Assembly: GCA_965216565.1 (NCBI GenBank)
Contig: OZ244170.1
Span: 4,096,001-4,160,000 of the forward strand
DNA from: Bythopirellula sp.
GTDB taxonomy: Bacteria; Planctomycetota; Planctomycetia; Pirellulales; Lacipirellulaceae
DNA length: 64,000 nucleotides
Direction: 5' to 3'
Position 1 is the first letter of the stretch. The number at the start of each line of letters is the position of its first letter. Made by a program: the position numbers and the translations under genes. The notes under the pieces were generated by a model. It was given only the letters and a program-made list of their open reading frames with translations. It ran no database searches and was not told the origin of the DNA. Positions 1 to 8,820 of the stretch are shown one piece after another.

Positions 1-265
1 CGAGCCCGTCGAAAAACGTGGCATCAAATAGATGCATCGGTTGGAACAGCCATTGATTGACTCGACGGTCGAATACCAACCGCTGCTGCATCCCAACGTA
101 GGTCATCGAGTCAAACGCCGACCAGTCCTCATCGGTAATGATGTTGTCGCGGAGAAACGCAGTGCCAGAAAACGGGGGACTCTGTCCGCAAGCGTGGGGA
201 ACGGTCGACCAGTTGCAGCTATAAAAGAGGCCAATGCAAATTGCAATTCGGTAGACCGATGGCAT
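1..265 (-). CDS. Secreted hypothetical protein, N-terminal part (runs off left edge of window)
   Basis: Not in ORF track; read manually: ATG at 265, MPSVYRIAICIGLFYSCNWSTVPHACGQSPPFSGTAFLRDNIITDEDWSAF..., open to position 1; signal-peptide-like N-terminus; purine-rich GAGAAGAG upstream; same strand as neighbouring genes. Confidence 0.75.
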   Translation of the reverse strand, partial: MPSVYRIAICIGLFYSCNWSTVPHACGQSPPFSGTAFLRDNIITDEDWSAFDSMTYVGMQQRLVFDRRVNQWLFQPMHLFDATFFDGL

Positions 266-334
266 GAATCGACTCTTCTCTTCCCGAAATGTTCCGCTCA
301 GGACTTCCTAATCGAGGCTGCCCCTCCCCGATAA

Positions 335-374
335 CAAAAACCTGGTCCTACCCCGCAAGAAGGCAGAACCAGGT
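335..374 (-). terminator. Rho-independent terminator downstream of PEP-CTERM gene 410-1165
   Basis: Minus strand ACCTGGTTCTGCCTTC-TTGC-GGGGTAGGACCAGGT stem (with G-U pairs) running into a T tract. Confidence 0.7.
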
Positions 375-409
375 AATCAAAAGGCATTATAGTCCTTGTT
401 GAGAAAGAT

Positions 410-1165
410 TTATAGTTTCGATAAGGATCGTCTTCTCTGGACTAACAGGGTGGAAATTCCTATCCCCAACAAAGCTGTCGAAGCTGGTTCGGGAATCACC
501 ATCAGTGAAGCATCATCAAAAGAGACGGTTGCCGCTCCAGTACCACCAAATTGACCGAGCACTCCCAGATTGTAGGCAATAACAGTCACTGGCTGGCCGA
601 AAGTCGGAACCACTTCCGTGAATGAATGATTGACATAATCGGGATTCGTGCCGGTTTCAAAAACGTCTGCGTTAGTAAAATCTCCAAAACCGAGGAACCC
701 ACCCGCTCCGAAGTAGGAGACGAACATTCGCACAAAAGTTCCAGCAGTATTGGGATCTCCAGGATTACCCAGGACAGTATTCGCAGTCACTTTGTAATCA
801 ACAGATAGTTGGATTGTCTTACCCTCAAAGGCAGATGGTGCACCACCGAATCCCGCAAATGCGGCTGTGTCGATTTGTGGATCAGCACCCGGGTTGGCAT
901 GATCCTTGGTAAGCGTGGCGTGTTCGAGGCCGTTGTTTGGCATCGTTAAGTCATTGGTAATCGCCGGATTCGCTGTGAAGAATGTCTTACGCCAAGGATC
1001 AGATGTGTTTGGATCTTCAGGTTCCAAAGGACGTGTGTCCTCGAAACCGGGGTCAGCAAGCAACTCAACAAAAGGGACCGCCGCGGCAGGAGTCACCAAC
1101 AAGCCGAGCGCGACGCATATCGCCGTCAATAACAGTGACTTTGACAAAACATACTTAGCAATCAT
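410..1165 (-). CDS. PEP-CTERM sorting domain protein (putative carbohydrate-binding beta-sandwich)
   Basis: Signal peptide; ELLADPGFE...FDDASL boundaries typical of CBM-like jelly rolls; C-terminal IPEPAS + TM + RRR; GGAGG RBS. Confidence 0.85.
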   Translation of the reverse strand: MIAKYVLSKSLLLTAICVALGLLVTPAAAVPFVELLADPGFEDTRPLEPEDPNTSDPWRKTFFTANPAITNDLTMPNNGLEHATLTKDHANPGADPQIDTAAFAGFGGAPSAFEGKTIQLSVDYKVTANTVLGNPGDPNTAGTFVRMFVSYFGAGGFLGFGDFTNADVFETGTNPDYVNHSFTEVVPTFGQPVTVIAYNLGVLGQFGGTGAATVSFDDASLMVIPEPASTALLGIGISTLLVQRRRSLSKL

Positions 1166-1289
1166 TAGACAAGCCCTCCAAGAAAAAAGTGCAACCTATA
1201 ACGGATTTCAGTTTGCAACCAACAAACGTTTACTCTTCGAGTTCCTAACGTGCAGTGCTCAGAATCTAGTCTTTAATGGATTGTGACAC

Positions 1290-2225
1290 TTACCTACGAC
1301 TGTTTCGCTTTCGTAGAGCTACTAACCACACTCCTCCGGCAAATAGTAGGGCAGTATGTGGTTCGGGTATCGACGTGATAGCCGCCTGGATTGCCTGGGC
1401 ACCGTAGTTGTTCTCCCACGCAACTAATTCCGCAGAAGTGCCGCCGGCAATAGAGCCCCCTTGCTGCCACAACAAGAAATCAAAGCCATCAACATCGCCG
1501 TCCATATCGAAATCTCCCGCCAACGGAACATCGGCATCTAGCGAGACGTCATCGAATATGACGGTAGCTGTCCCTGTCATCTGATTCCCATGGGCATCGT
1601 CAGGAGCGATCAGTCCGACATTAAGATCGATCGACGTCACTTCGATTCCGAAGTTTGGGACGACCACACTATAAGAGACCGTTTGATAGTTTGGATCGAC
1701 TGCTACTGGAAACACATCACTAGGGAAATTCCCATTGGGATCCGGTTCGAAGCCACCAAATCCAAGGAACCCAACGGATTCATTAAAAAACGCCAGATGG
1801 GTCCTGACCACGACCGAGGGGGTCGTGTTTGGGTCGCTCGCATTCATATTGAACGAAGTAACTTTATAGTTACTGGTCACGTTCATCGTTATTCCCGTGT
1901 AGTCAGTGACTGCGGAAGATGCACCCAGACCAGCAAATGCACTTGAGCGAATACTCGGACCAAACGCAGTGAAAAGTTGGCCCGTATCCAGGACAATTTC
2001 GGCATGTTCCGATCCAGAAAGCGGATCGGACGTTGCATTCACCGTAGGCATTGGTTCGTTACCAAAGACCCACCCCCAAAAGCCATTTGGATCGTCAACC
2101 TCCGTTGCAAATTCAAACCCATTGTCGACTAACAACTCAATTGCGCTAGCCGAGGAGCACGATAGGCACGAAACAACACTAAAGGCCAATGCAATTTTGC
2201 TTGCCAGCAGTAATTCTTTGAACAT
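1290..2225 (-). CDS. PEP-CTERM protein with dockerin-like domain, paralogue of 410-1165
   Basis: Likely start MFKELL at 2225; shares ELL.D.GFE, FLGFG.F, VVP.FG, AT(V/I).FDD with neighbour; GDFDMDGDVDGFDFLLWQ motif; IPEP-TM-RKR tail. Confidence 0.85.
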   Translation of the reverse strand: MFKELLLASKIALAFSVVSCLSCSSASAIELLVDNGFEFATEVDDPNGFWGWVFGNEPMPTVNATSDPLSGSEHAEIVLDTGQLFTAFGPSIRSSAFAGLGASSAVTDYTGITMNVTSNYKVTSFNMNASDPNTTPSVVVRTHLAFFNESVGFLGFGGFEPDPNGNFPSDVFPVAVDPNYQTVSYSVVVPNFGIEVTSIDLNVGLIAPDDAHGNQMTGTATVIFDDVSLDADVPLAGDFDMDGDVDGFDFLLWQQGGSIAGGTSAELVAWENNYGAQAIQAAITSIPEPHTALLFAGGVWLVALRKRNSRR

Positions 2226-2332
2226 GGAGTAGTTTCCCCTAAAGAAAAGCGTGCGTATTTTTTGGAGTGTTTTTATTGATGTCCTGAAGCTCTGATAGCC
2301 CTTTGCGAAGTTCAAAGTCTGTAAGACAAGAA

Positions 2333-3499
2333 TTAGCACCTGAGGAGTATCCCGCACATACCCATGCCAAACATTATGACACTGCTTGGTTCTGGGGTTA
2401 AATGTGTCAATGTTTGCTCAGGAGGATCTAAGTTTACCTGCCAAACCAAAAGGTCTAATCCAGTTACGGAGCCATCCGAGTCTGCATCGCCTTGACCAAA
2501 CGTAGCGCCAGAGATTAACCCATAGTTCTCTTCCCACAATGCGAGATCTAAACCGTCTACAGATCCATCCTTGTTAAAATCTCCTGGACTCGGCTCGAAA
2601 ATGGGATATCCCTGATCTTCGAAAATTGCTATATCAACTTCTGTGAGGTCGAGTCTTTCGCCGTTCGGAATCGCACAGCCATTCATCAGAGTGTCGTCCA
2701 ACCCATCCACGCCTAGACACGTACTAAGGTGATAAAAGTTCTGACCTTCTAAAAAAGCTCCCTGAGGTACGTGCGTAACCTGAACGTCCGAACCATACAC
2801 ATCGGCCGCTGCAGCACCAGAAAAGAACATGGGGTTTGGATCACCGACCGGATCGAGTGGATCGCCATTGCCCCCGTAGTAGGTCAGCGAGTCGTAGAGA
2901 GACATGAAGCCTCCGTTGATCTCGCCGTAATTGGATGCGTTGAAACTTCGGTTCCCTGCCATGCCCAGTCCGTGCCCAAATTCGTGCATGACCACACTGA
3001 TAAAGTCACCCCGGTTAAACTGGACGGGATCGACTCGCAATTCTGGTTGTGGGTCGAACCAATAGTTGTTTTCCACAAAACTTGGGTTAAACGAGAGCTG
3101 TACGTCGAAGCCGAAAGAGGTTTCTCCAGCATTGGAACCTGTCAAAATTCTTGTCAGGGGACCTGGTTCCCAGATTGCATTCCCATCGGGGGCGGTACCC
3201 AAGAATCTTCCAAAACTGAACGTACCTCCTGCACGGGCAAGGCCAAAGTCTGAGACGACATCAACGACAATAGTTTCATTGGAATCGAATTCGCGACCCC
3301 ACTCGTCTAGAGCTGCTACGATGTTCTGTTGGAACAAAGAATTGGGATCCAGCCAACCGCGAGAAGCAAACCCACCCGTCGGGTCGTCAATATACTGGTA
3401 GTCAAAAGAGAGCCCTGCGCTACAAACGCCGGGCAACAAGAGCGTGCCCACTATTTGCGCAATCGTACAGCGCCAAAACGAATTGCGACTACTAGCCAT
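2333..3499 (-). CDS. Secreted HExxH zinc metallopeptidase with dockerin-like domain and degenerate PEP-CTERM tail
   Basis: VVMHEFGHGLG, later YHLS...LMNG; two GD(F/A)xxDGSV dockerin-like repeats; TPEPSS + hydrophobic tail with only one Arg. Confidence 0.75.
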   Translation of the reverse strand: MASSRNSFWRCTIAQIVGTLLLPGVCSAGLSFDYQYIDDPTGGFASRGWLDPNSLFQQNIVAALDEWGREFDSNETIVVDVVSDFGLARAGGTFSFGRFLGTAPDGNAIWEPGPLTRILTGSNAGETSFGFDVQLSFNPSFVENNYWFDPQPELRVDPVQFNRGDFISVVMHEFGHGLGMAGNRSFNASNYGEINGGFMSLYDSLTYYGGNGDPLDPVGDPNPMFFSGAAAADVYGSDVQVTHVPQGAFLEGQNFYHLSTCLGVDGLDDTLMNGCAIPNGERLDLTEVDIAIFEDQGYPIFEPSPGDFNKDGSVDGLDLALWEENYGLISGATFGQGDADSDGSVTGLDLLVWQVNLDPPEQTLTHLTPEPSSVIMFGMGMCGILLRC

Positions 3500-3680
3500 A
3501 AGAGGTCGAACCGGAATGAGTCGTAAGTTTTCGTCAGTAACTAGATTGAAGCGTGTGCTCTACGTCGAATCTTTATCTTGACTTTTGCACAGCGTCTCAC
3601 CCGCGCCTTCTGCAATTCAATCCTATATATACCTATAAATGGACGTCAGGCAGCAGCGAGCCATCCGCCCAGGTGTTACT

Positions 3681-3692
3681 TTTGTACACAAT
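3681..3692. promoter_or_regulatory. Putative GntR-family (HypR-like) operator
   Basis: TTTGTACACAAT, near-palindrome in the divergent intergenic region 3500-4072. Confidence 0.45.
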
Positions 3693-3877
3693 AACAAGAT
3701 TGTCTTGGCCTGGCAATGAGTTTCTGGAAAAAAAGAAAAAACAGAGCAGACTTGGATAACATGGAAGTGGTAGTTGGCCACCTAGACCTAACCTCAATTT
3801 CTTGCCTCCAGGTTTGCCACCTCTAGCTCGATAGTTTTGCTTTTTGTGTATTTTGCGCCCAATGAGAGTTGCGTTAG

Positions 3878-3889
3878 ATTGTGCACAAT
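3878..3889. promoter_or_regulatory. Putative GntR-family (HypR-like) operator
   Basis: Perfect 12-bp palindrome ATTGTGCACAAT upstream of DUF1559 gene. Confidence 0.5.
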
Positions 3890-4072
3890 GTTAAATTCGA
3901 GATTAGTTCGACAGGAAGCCGCACTGACCGCCCCGCGAAGGGCACAGTTTTTGGTGAGAGTTTCTATTCCCCATTTGTCAGCTTTCTCCAGAGGAAGAGT
4001 AGCATGGATCTTGTTCGTACCCATGGTGTGGCCAAAGTTCGCAAGCCCACTCGATCTAAGGTAAGTGCTAAC

Positions 4073-5107
4073 ATGACTTCTTTGTCTAGCCGACGCAGGA
4101 AAATCGCCCAGCACAGCGGTTTCACTCTCGTCGAACTTCTGGTCGTTATCGCCATCATTGGAGTCTTGGTTGCCCTTTTGCTACCCGCTGTTCAGGCTGC
4201 GCGCGAGGCAGCTCGAAGAATGCAGTGCGTAAACAATCTAAAGCAACTCGTTTTGTCGGCTCACAATCACGAGAATGCCAAGGAAGTATTCCCCATGGGG
4301 TACTCAGGTCCGTGGGACCTAAATGAGAACGGCTGGAATGATCCGGAAGAAGGACCCGGTTCCGACAAATGGAGATACTCGAACATCGGGATGCTCCCCT
4401 TCCTTTTACCTTATTTAGAAGCTTCCCCTATTTACGATCGACTCGACGAACGATTGCTTCGGCAACATGAGGAGAAGGTTCCTGGAGAAATCTATGGAGG
4501 GTATTGGCTCTTGGCACCGTCGAATCCACCAAGTTGGGAGATGGTTTTTGCCAGAATTCCAGCTTTCATCTGCCCTTCTGCTCCCTCCGACGAGCCTGAG
4601 GGGGGGAGTGTCGATTCTACTTTGACCCTAGAACAAGGTTCGGATGCCTTTGTCAGCTGGACTGGTCGATTTTTTGTAAACGAAAAAGGGCATGGGCAAT
4701 CCGATTATGTTGGAGTATCGGGGGCATTCGGGCAAATACCGTCTAAGCGAGATTGGTTAGGTATTTTCGTGAATAGAAAGATTCACGGATTCAGACACAT
4801 CTCTGATGGAACGGCGAATACGCTTATGTTTGGGGAAAATCAAGGTGGGCTGGCGGGACAGCCGCTACTTGGTTTCCAAAATCCATACGTTGGAATAGCT
4901 TGGATCGGTGCAGAAGGCTGGCCCGTCATGCACGGTCTCGCGACCGGTCCTACTGCTGCGATTGATCAATTCAGTAGCACTCATCCTGGTATCGTCAACT
5001 TTGCTCTCGCCGATGGCTCCGTGAGCGGACTCAACGAAGAGATTGACGACGTAACATTACGCAATTTGGCGGGCATGGCAGATGGTCGGACTGTCGGAAA
5101 GTTTTGA
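4073..5107 (+). CDS. DUF1559 prepilin-type N-terminal cleavage/methylation protein
   Basis: [35 protein letters not shown]-terminal H-X9-DG ([12 protein letters not shown]); likely start ATG 4073. Confidence 0.92.
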   Translation: MTSLSSRRRKIAQHSGFTLVELLVVIAIIGVLVALLLPAVQAAREAARRMQCVNNLKQLVLSAHNHENAKEVFPMGYSGPWDLNENGWNDPEEGPGSDKWRYSNIGMLPFLLPYLEASPIYDRLDERLLRQHEEKVPGEIYGGYWLLAPSNPPSWEMVFARIPAFICPSAPSDEPEGGSVDSTLTLEQGSDAFVSWTGRFFVNEKGHGQSDYVGVSGAFGQIPSKRDWLGIFVNRKIHGFRHISDGTANTLMFGENQGGLAGQPLLGFQNPYVGIAWIGAEGWPVMHGLATGPTAAIDQFSSTHPGIVNFALADGSVSGLNEEIDDVTLRNLAGMADGRTVGKF

Positions 5108-5165
5108 TCATCCGTCGGCAGTTTGTTTCAACCTAACTAGACGATTGGATGCAGCTGGAGAAAGC

Positions 5166-5387
5166 ATGAGAAATAGTTGTCTCAACAAACGGCGATATAT
5201 CGTTCGGCCAGTTATCGCCCAGTTACTTCCTCTGCTTCTAATGGTTTGCCTAGGACTGTTCATCACCGGGTGTTCTTCGAATTCCGACGACATCGTCATT
5301 CCGGAGCCGGGAAGTGTACCCTTGCCGAGCATGGAGGAAGGGGATACTCCAGAACCAGGGAAGCTCAGAAGGGTAAAGATAGATTAG
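5166..5387 (+). CDS. Small lipoprotein associated with DUF1559 gene
   Basis: GGAG RBS, basic N-region, hydrophobic stretch, lipobox ITGC. Confidence 0.65.
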   Translation: MRNSCLNKRRYIVRPVIAQLLPLLLMVCLGLFITGCSSNSDDIVIPEPGSVPLPSMEEGDTPEPGKLRRVKID

Positions 5388-5474
5388 CTGGTTGGATCGC
5401 TAAATTGCATTTTTCCTGCGCGACGGATAGGCCGGTGTCGCGTACGCTGCGACATGAGTGAACGTGTAGATCGC

Positions 5475-6794
5475 CTACGAATTTGAGTTCGAATTCTTAG
5501 GTGGGTCGGCACTTTCATGGCCAAGTCGACGACGAGTTTCAAGGGGGTCGATGGCAGCCAAGATTGCCAAGGTGGCAAGTTGGTACACGCTCAAGATGAT
5601 AAAGATCGTTCGCATGTCGAAGGAGGCTTCCAGCGGACTTGCCAGCTTGGCACCAATTCCGCTGGAGAGGTTCAGCATAGCCATGTACGCAGTAAACTGA
5701 GTAGCCGCAACGGGAGGCCAGGCAATCCCCATAAACATGGCAAACATTGCCACTTGCATGAATCCAGCGATTGCTGTGGCGATGAGAAACAAAACAGAAA
5801 TAGCCAAGTGGTTTTCCCAGAGAGGCTGGCAGAGCGCATGGGCCAACCAGGTGGAAGCCAACAAAAGGATAGCAATGGCAACGGTACGTTTCGCACCAAT
5901 TGCAGAAGCAACAAATCCACCTAAAAGAGAACCTCCCAGCCCAAACCACACGGAATAGTTACCTTCCAGTTGTAAGTATTCCAGACTGGTCCAGCCCAGT
6001 TCCCGTTGTAGAAAAGCCGGCCAAAACACAAGGTGTGCCATTATCGCCACTAAGGAACTCAGGGCTAGTAGAGCGGCCAAGATTGAAGATTTCACTGAAA
6101 ATGCTTTTGCTAATCGTCTGAAGAGTTGCGAAATAGTATGGTCAGCTTCGTCTTGTTTATGGCTGCCCTTAGATAAACGGGCGGGAAGAAATGTGTCAGT
6201 AGGACGTTCACGAAACAAAAGCGGGAATGCCGCAATAGAGAGCAAGATTAAGACTTGTAAGCTTGCCGCTGGTCTAATCCCCGAGGAAAGCAGGAGGCCA
6301 CCGATGAGCGCGGCACCAATGTACTGCCCTAAATAGGACGATGCGAACATAAATCCATTGGCCATTCCCCGTTCTTTTTCAGGAAGCAGATCGACTGCCA
6401 ACGCATCGACAGACACATCCTGCAAGGAAGCAAACATATTTGCCATAAGAACCAATATCCCAAGCCAACCCAGCTGAGAGGCTAAGTCAGGTAACAAGAT
6501 CATGATTCCTAGCGTCAGCGCTAGACCAAGTTGAGCAGCGAGGATCCAGGGGCGACGTCGCCCCATTGAACTGTACCGGTACCTGTCGATCAGAGGTCCC
6601 CAAACCCATTTCAATGCCCAGGGCCAACTTACTAGGGCCACCATGTTGCCCACAGCCTCTGTAGAAGCGCCCTGGTCGATTAGGAAAGTTTTGAGCCCGA
6701 CCCTTACAAAACCATCGGGCATTCCCTGGGCTGAATAGAGGACGCAAACGGTCGTTAATCGCAACGACCGTCGGTTATTGAGAGTGGGCAGCAT
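5475..6794 (-). CDS. MFS transporter, AmpG-like
   Basis: LYSAQGMP, PWALKWVWGPLIDR, GRRRPWI, QDVSVDALAVD, ATQFTAY motifs; about 12 TM segments; start uncertain (6794 or 6833). Confidence 0.85.
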   Translation of the reverse strand: MLPTLNNRRSLRLTTVCVLYSAQGMPDGFVRVGLKTFLIDQGASTEAVGNMVALVSWPWALKWVWGPLIDRYRYSSMGRRRPWILAAQLGLALTLGIMILLPDLASQLGWLGILVLMANMFASLQDVSVDALAVDLLPEKERGMANGFMFASSYLGQYIGAALIGGLLLSSGIRPAASLQVLILLSIAAFPLLFRERPTDTFLPARLSKGSHKQDEADHTISQLFRRLAKAFSVKSSILAALLALSSLVAIMAHLVFWPAFLQRELGWTSLEYLQLEGNYSVWFGLGGSLLGGFVASAIGAKRTVAIAILLLASTWLAHALCQPLWENHLAISVLFLIATAIAGFMQVAMFAMFMGIAWPPVAATQFTAYMAMLNLSSGIGAKLASPLEASFDMRTIFIILSVYQLATLAILAAIDPLETRRRLGHESADPPKNSNSNS

Positions 6795-6862
6795 CGGAGG
6801 TCCCCAGGTTTTTAGAGAATATTCTCTAGGCAAACTATCACAAACCGATTAAAGTTGTAATT

Positions 6863-7813
6863 ATGCATTGTGCACTAAATCAATTTTTGCGACACTCCCT
6901 ACCGCAACTTTCCGCTGGAATTTTGTTGGCTTCAGCACTCCAGCAAAGTTTGCACTCTGAGTCGGTCACTAGAATTCCTGCCGAGTTGCGGTCTGCGCGA
7001 GAACTGCCTGCGTTCTATACAAAAATGATTGATGCTGACGGGATTCTTATCCTGTCATCAGACAAATCGGAGGACGCGGCACTGGTGGAAGCGAAGTACT
7101 TGATTGTCAATGTACTGCGAAGTGCCCCCAAGCTACGAGAGGCTCTAGTTGACTCTGGATTACGCGTCACCGTAATGGCAGCCGACGAATATACGTCTGA
7201 TGTTCCGGAATACCAAGATTTGAAGCCGAAGGACTATTGGGATCGGCGGGCCCGCGGATTGGGAGGAACGCCGGAAATTCCAGTCACAAGTTGCGGGGAG
7301 GAGAATCTGCTTCACTATCCGGGCGACCCCTATGAGGGAGAAAACATTTTGTTGCACGAATTCTCTCACTCGGTTCATCTGGTCGGCATGGCGAAGCTGG
7401 ATCCCGATTTTGATACCCGTTTGAGCCATGTATATGAGTCGGCCAAAAAAAGCGGTCTGTGGGAGGGCACCTATGCGATGGAGAACCGTGAAGAGTATTT
7501 CGCGGAAGGGGCACAGTCATGGTTCAATTGCAACGCTCCCCCCGGCAAAGTGCATGGGGAAGTACGTACGCGGGAAGTCCTACGCGACTACGACCCGGAG
7601 TTAGCCAAACTTATCATTGAAGCCTTTGGAAAAAACTCGTGGCGATACACGGCTCCTGGCCTACGCTGGGGACAAGGAAACCACAAAGAGTTGACTTGGC
7701 CAGCGGACAAACGCTTTGCCTGGCCAGATTCAATTAAGGATGTCGATTTGGGAAGGATATCGAAAGCAAATAGCGTACGGAGATCTAGCAGTACGCAAGG
7801 TTCTGTAGAATAA
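6863..7813 (+). CDS. Secreted zinc-dependent metallopeptidase (lethal-factor-like HExxH...EYFAE)
   Basis: ILLHEFSHSVH, YAMENREEYFAEG, RARGLGG; true start may be slightly downstream. Confidence 0.75.
   Translation: MHCALNQFLRHSLPQLSAGILLASALQQSLHSESVTRIPAELRSARELPAFYTKMIDADGILILSSDKSEDAALVEAKYLIVNVLRSAPKLREALVDSGLRVTVMAADEYTSDVPEYQDLKPKDYWDRRARGLGGTPEIPVTSCGEENLLHYPGDPYEGENILLHEFSHSVHLVGMAKLDPDFDTRLSHVYESAKKSGLWEGTYAMENREEYFAEGAQSWFNCNAPPGKVHGEVRTREVLRDYDPELAKLIIEAFGKNSWRYTAPGLRWGQGNHKELTWPADKRFAWPDSIKDVDLGRISKANSVRRSSSTQGSVE
6867..6878. promoter_or_regulatory. Putative GntR-family (HypR-like) operator
   Basis: ATTGTGCACTAA, 10/12 match to the palindrome at 3878, at the divergent junction of the MFS gene and the Hyp operon; overlaps the ORF-track start at 6863. 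Confidence 0.4.
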
Positions 7814-7865
7814 AGAAGATTAATCGGTTAGCATTTAGAAACCGAATTGAGTCACTGGAGATAGT

Positions 7866-8789
7866 ATGAATACACAATGGCGAGGCGTATTACCAGCAGC
7901 AACAACACAGTTCCGTGAAGACGAATCGCTCGATATCGATGCGACATTGCAGCACCTAAATGCAATGGTCGATGCCGGAGTGCACGGCATGATTATGCTG
8001 GGCACAGTCGGTGAGAACTGTTCTTTGCGATTTGATGAGAAAATTGATCTCCTTAAAGCAACGGTGCAGAGTATTGGCAAACGCGTGCCCGTGCTGACAG
8101 GGGTCGCTGAGTATACAACTTCGCTGGCTTGCGGTTTCAGTCAGGCTGCACAAGACGCAGGTGTCGATGGCCTGATGGTACTGCCAGGAATGGTTTATAA
8201 ATCTGATGCTCGTGAAACAATTTCGCATTTTCGTACGGTCGCTTCGTCGGTTGACCTGCCGATTATGTGTTACAACAACCCGATCAGTTACGGCGTCGAC
8301 ATTACACCTGAGATGTTTGATGAGATGGCCGACGAACCGAAGTTCGTGGCCATCAAAGAGTCGTCAGAGAATTGCCGGCGGATTACAGATCTGAGAAACC
8401 GCTGTGGCGATCGTTACACGCTGCTTTGCGGCGTCGACGACCTTGTGCTAGAAAGCCTCGTTCTAGGTGCCGAAGGTTGGGTGTCTGGGCTGGTCAATGC
8501 GTTCCCGGCAGAAAATCGGCTGCTTTGGGATTTGGTCGCGGCAGGGCGTCTCGAGGAAGCCGTGGATGTCTATCGGTGGTATACTCCTTTGCTGCACCTG
8601 GATACCCACCCAAAACTAGTGCAGTACATTAAGTTAGCCACTGCAGAGTGCGGCTATGGTTCCGAATATGTTCGTGCACCCAGGCTGAAGCTGGAAGGTG
8701 CGGAACGTGCCGAGATTCTTGGAACGATTATCGATTCCATAGGGACGCGTCCGTCTGCTGCGAAATACGATCTGGCAGTCGTTTCTTAA
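7866..8789 (+). CDS. lhpC: DHDPS-family lyase; probable delta1-pyrroline-4-hydroxy-2-carboxylate deaminase
   Basis: GTVGE, YNNP, Schiff-base AIKES; operon with Hyp epimerase and D-amino acid dehydrogenase. Confidence 0.85.
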   Translation: MNTQWRGVLPAATTQFREDESLDIDATLQHLNAMVDAGVHGMIMLGTVGENCSLRFDEKIDLLKATVQSIGKRVPVLTGVAEYTTSLACGFSQAAQDAGVDGLMVLPGMVYKSDARETISHFRTVASSVDLPIMCYNNPISYGVDITPEMFDEMADEPKFVAIKESSENCRRITDLRNRCGDRYTLLCGVDDLVLESLVLGAEGWVSGLVNAFPAENRLLWDLVAAGRLEEAVDVYRWYTPLLHLDTHPKLVQYIKLATAECGYGSEYVRAPRLKLEGAERAEILGTIIDSIGTRPSAAKYDLAVVS

Positions 8790-8820
8790 GTGCACATTTT
8801 TCTTTTGCAGAAATCAAGAG

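Noticed and set aside
32..334. Plus-strand 100-aa ORF
   Set aside because: Antisense shadow of the minus-strand secreted protein starting at 265
3905..3960. Small hairpin (GCCC-cgcgaa-GGGC) in the DUF1559 leader as a possible riboswitch
   Set aside because: No conserved elements of c-di-GMP, TPP, cobalamin or SAM riboswitches recognisable
5166..5387. IPEP/TPEP in the small lipoprotein as PEP-CTERM
   Set aside because: Not followed by a TM helix and basic tail; protein has a lipobox instead
7866..8789. dapA (lysine biosynthesis)
   Set aside because: GTVGE instead of GTTGE and Hyp-catabolic context favour the deaminase
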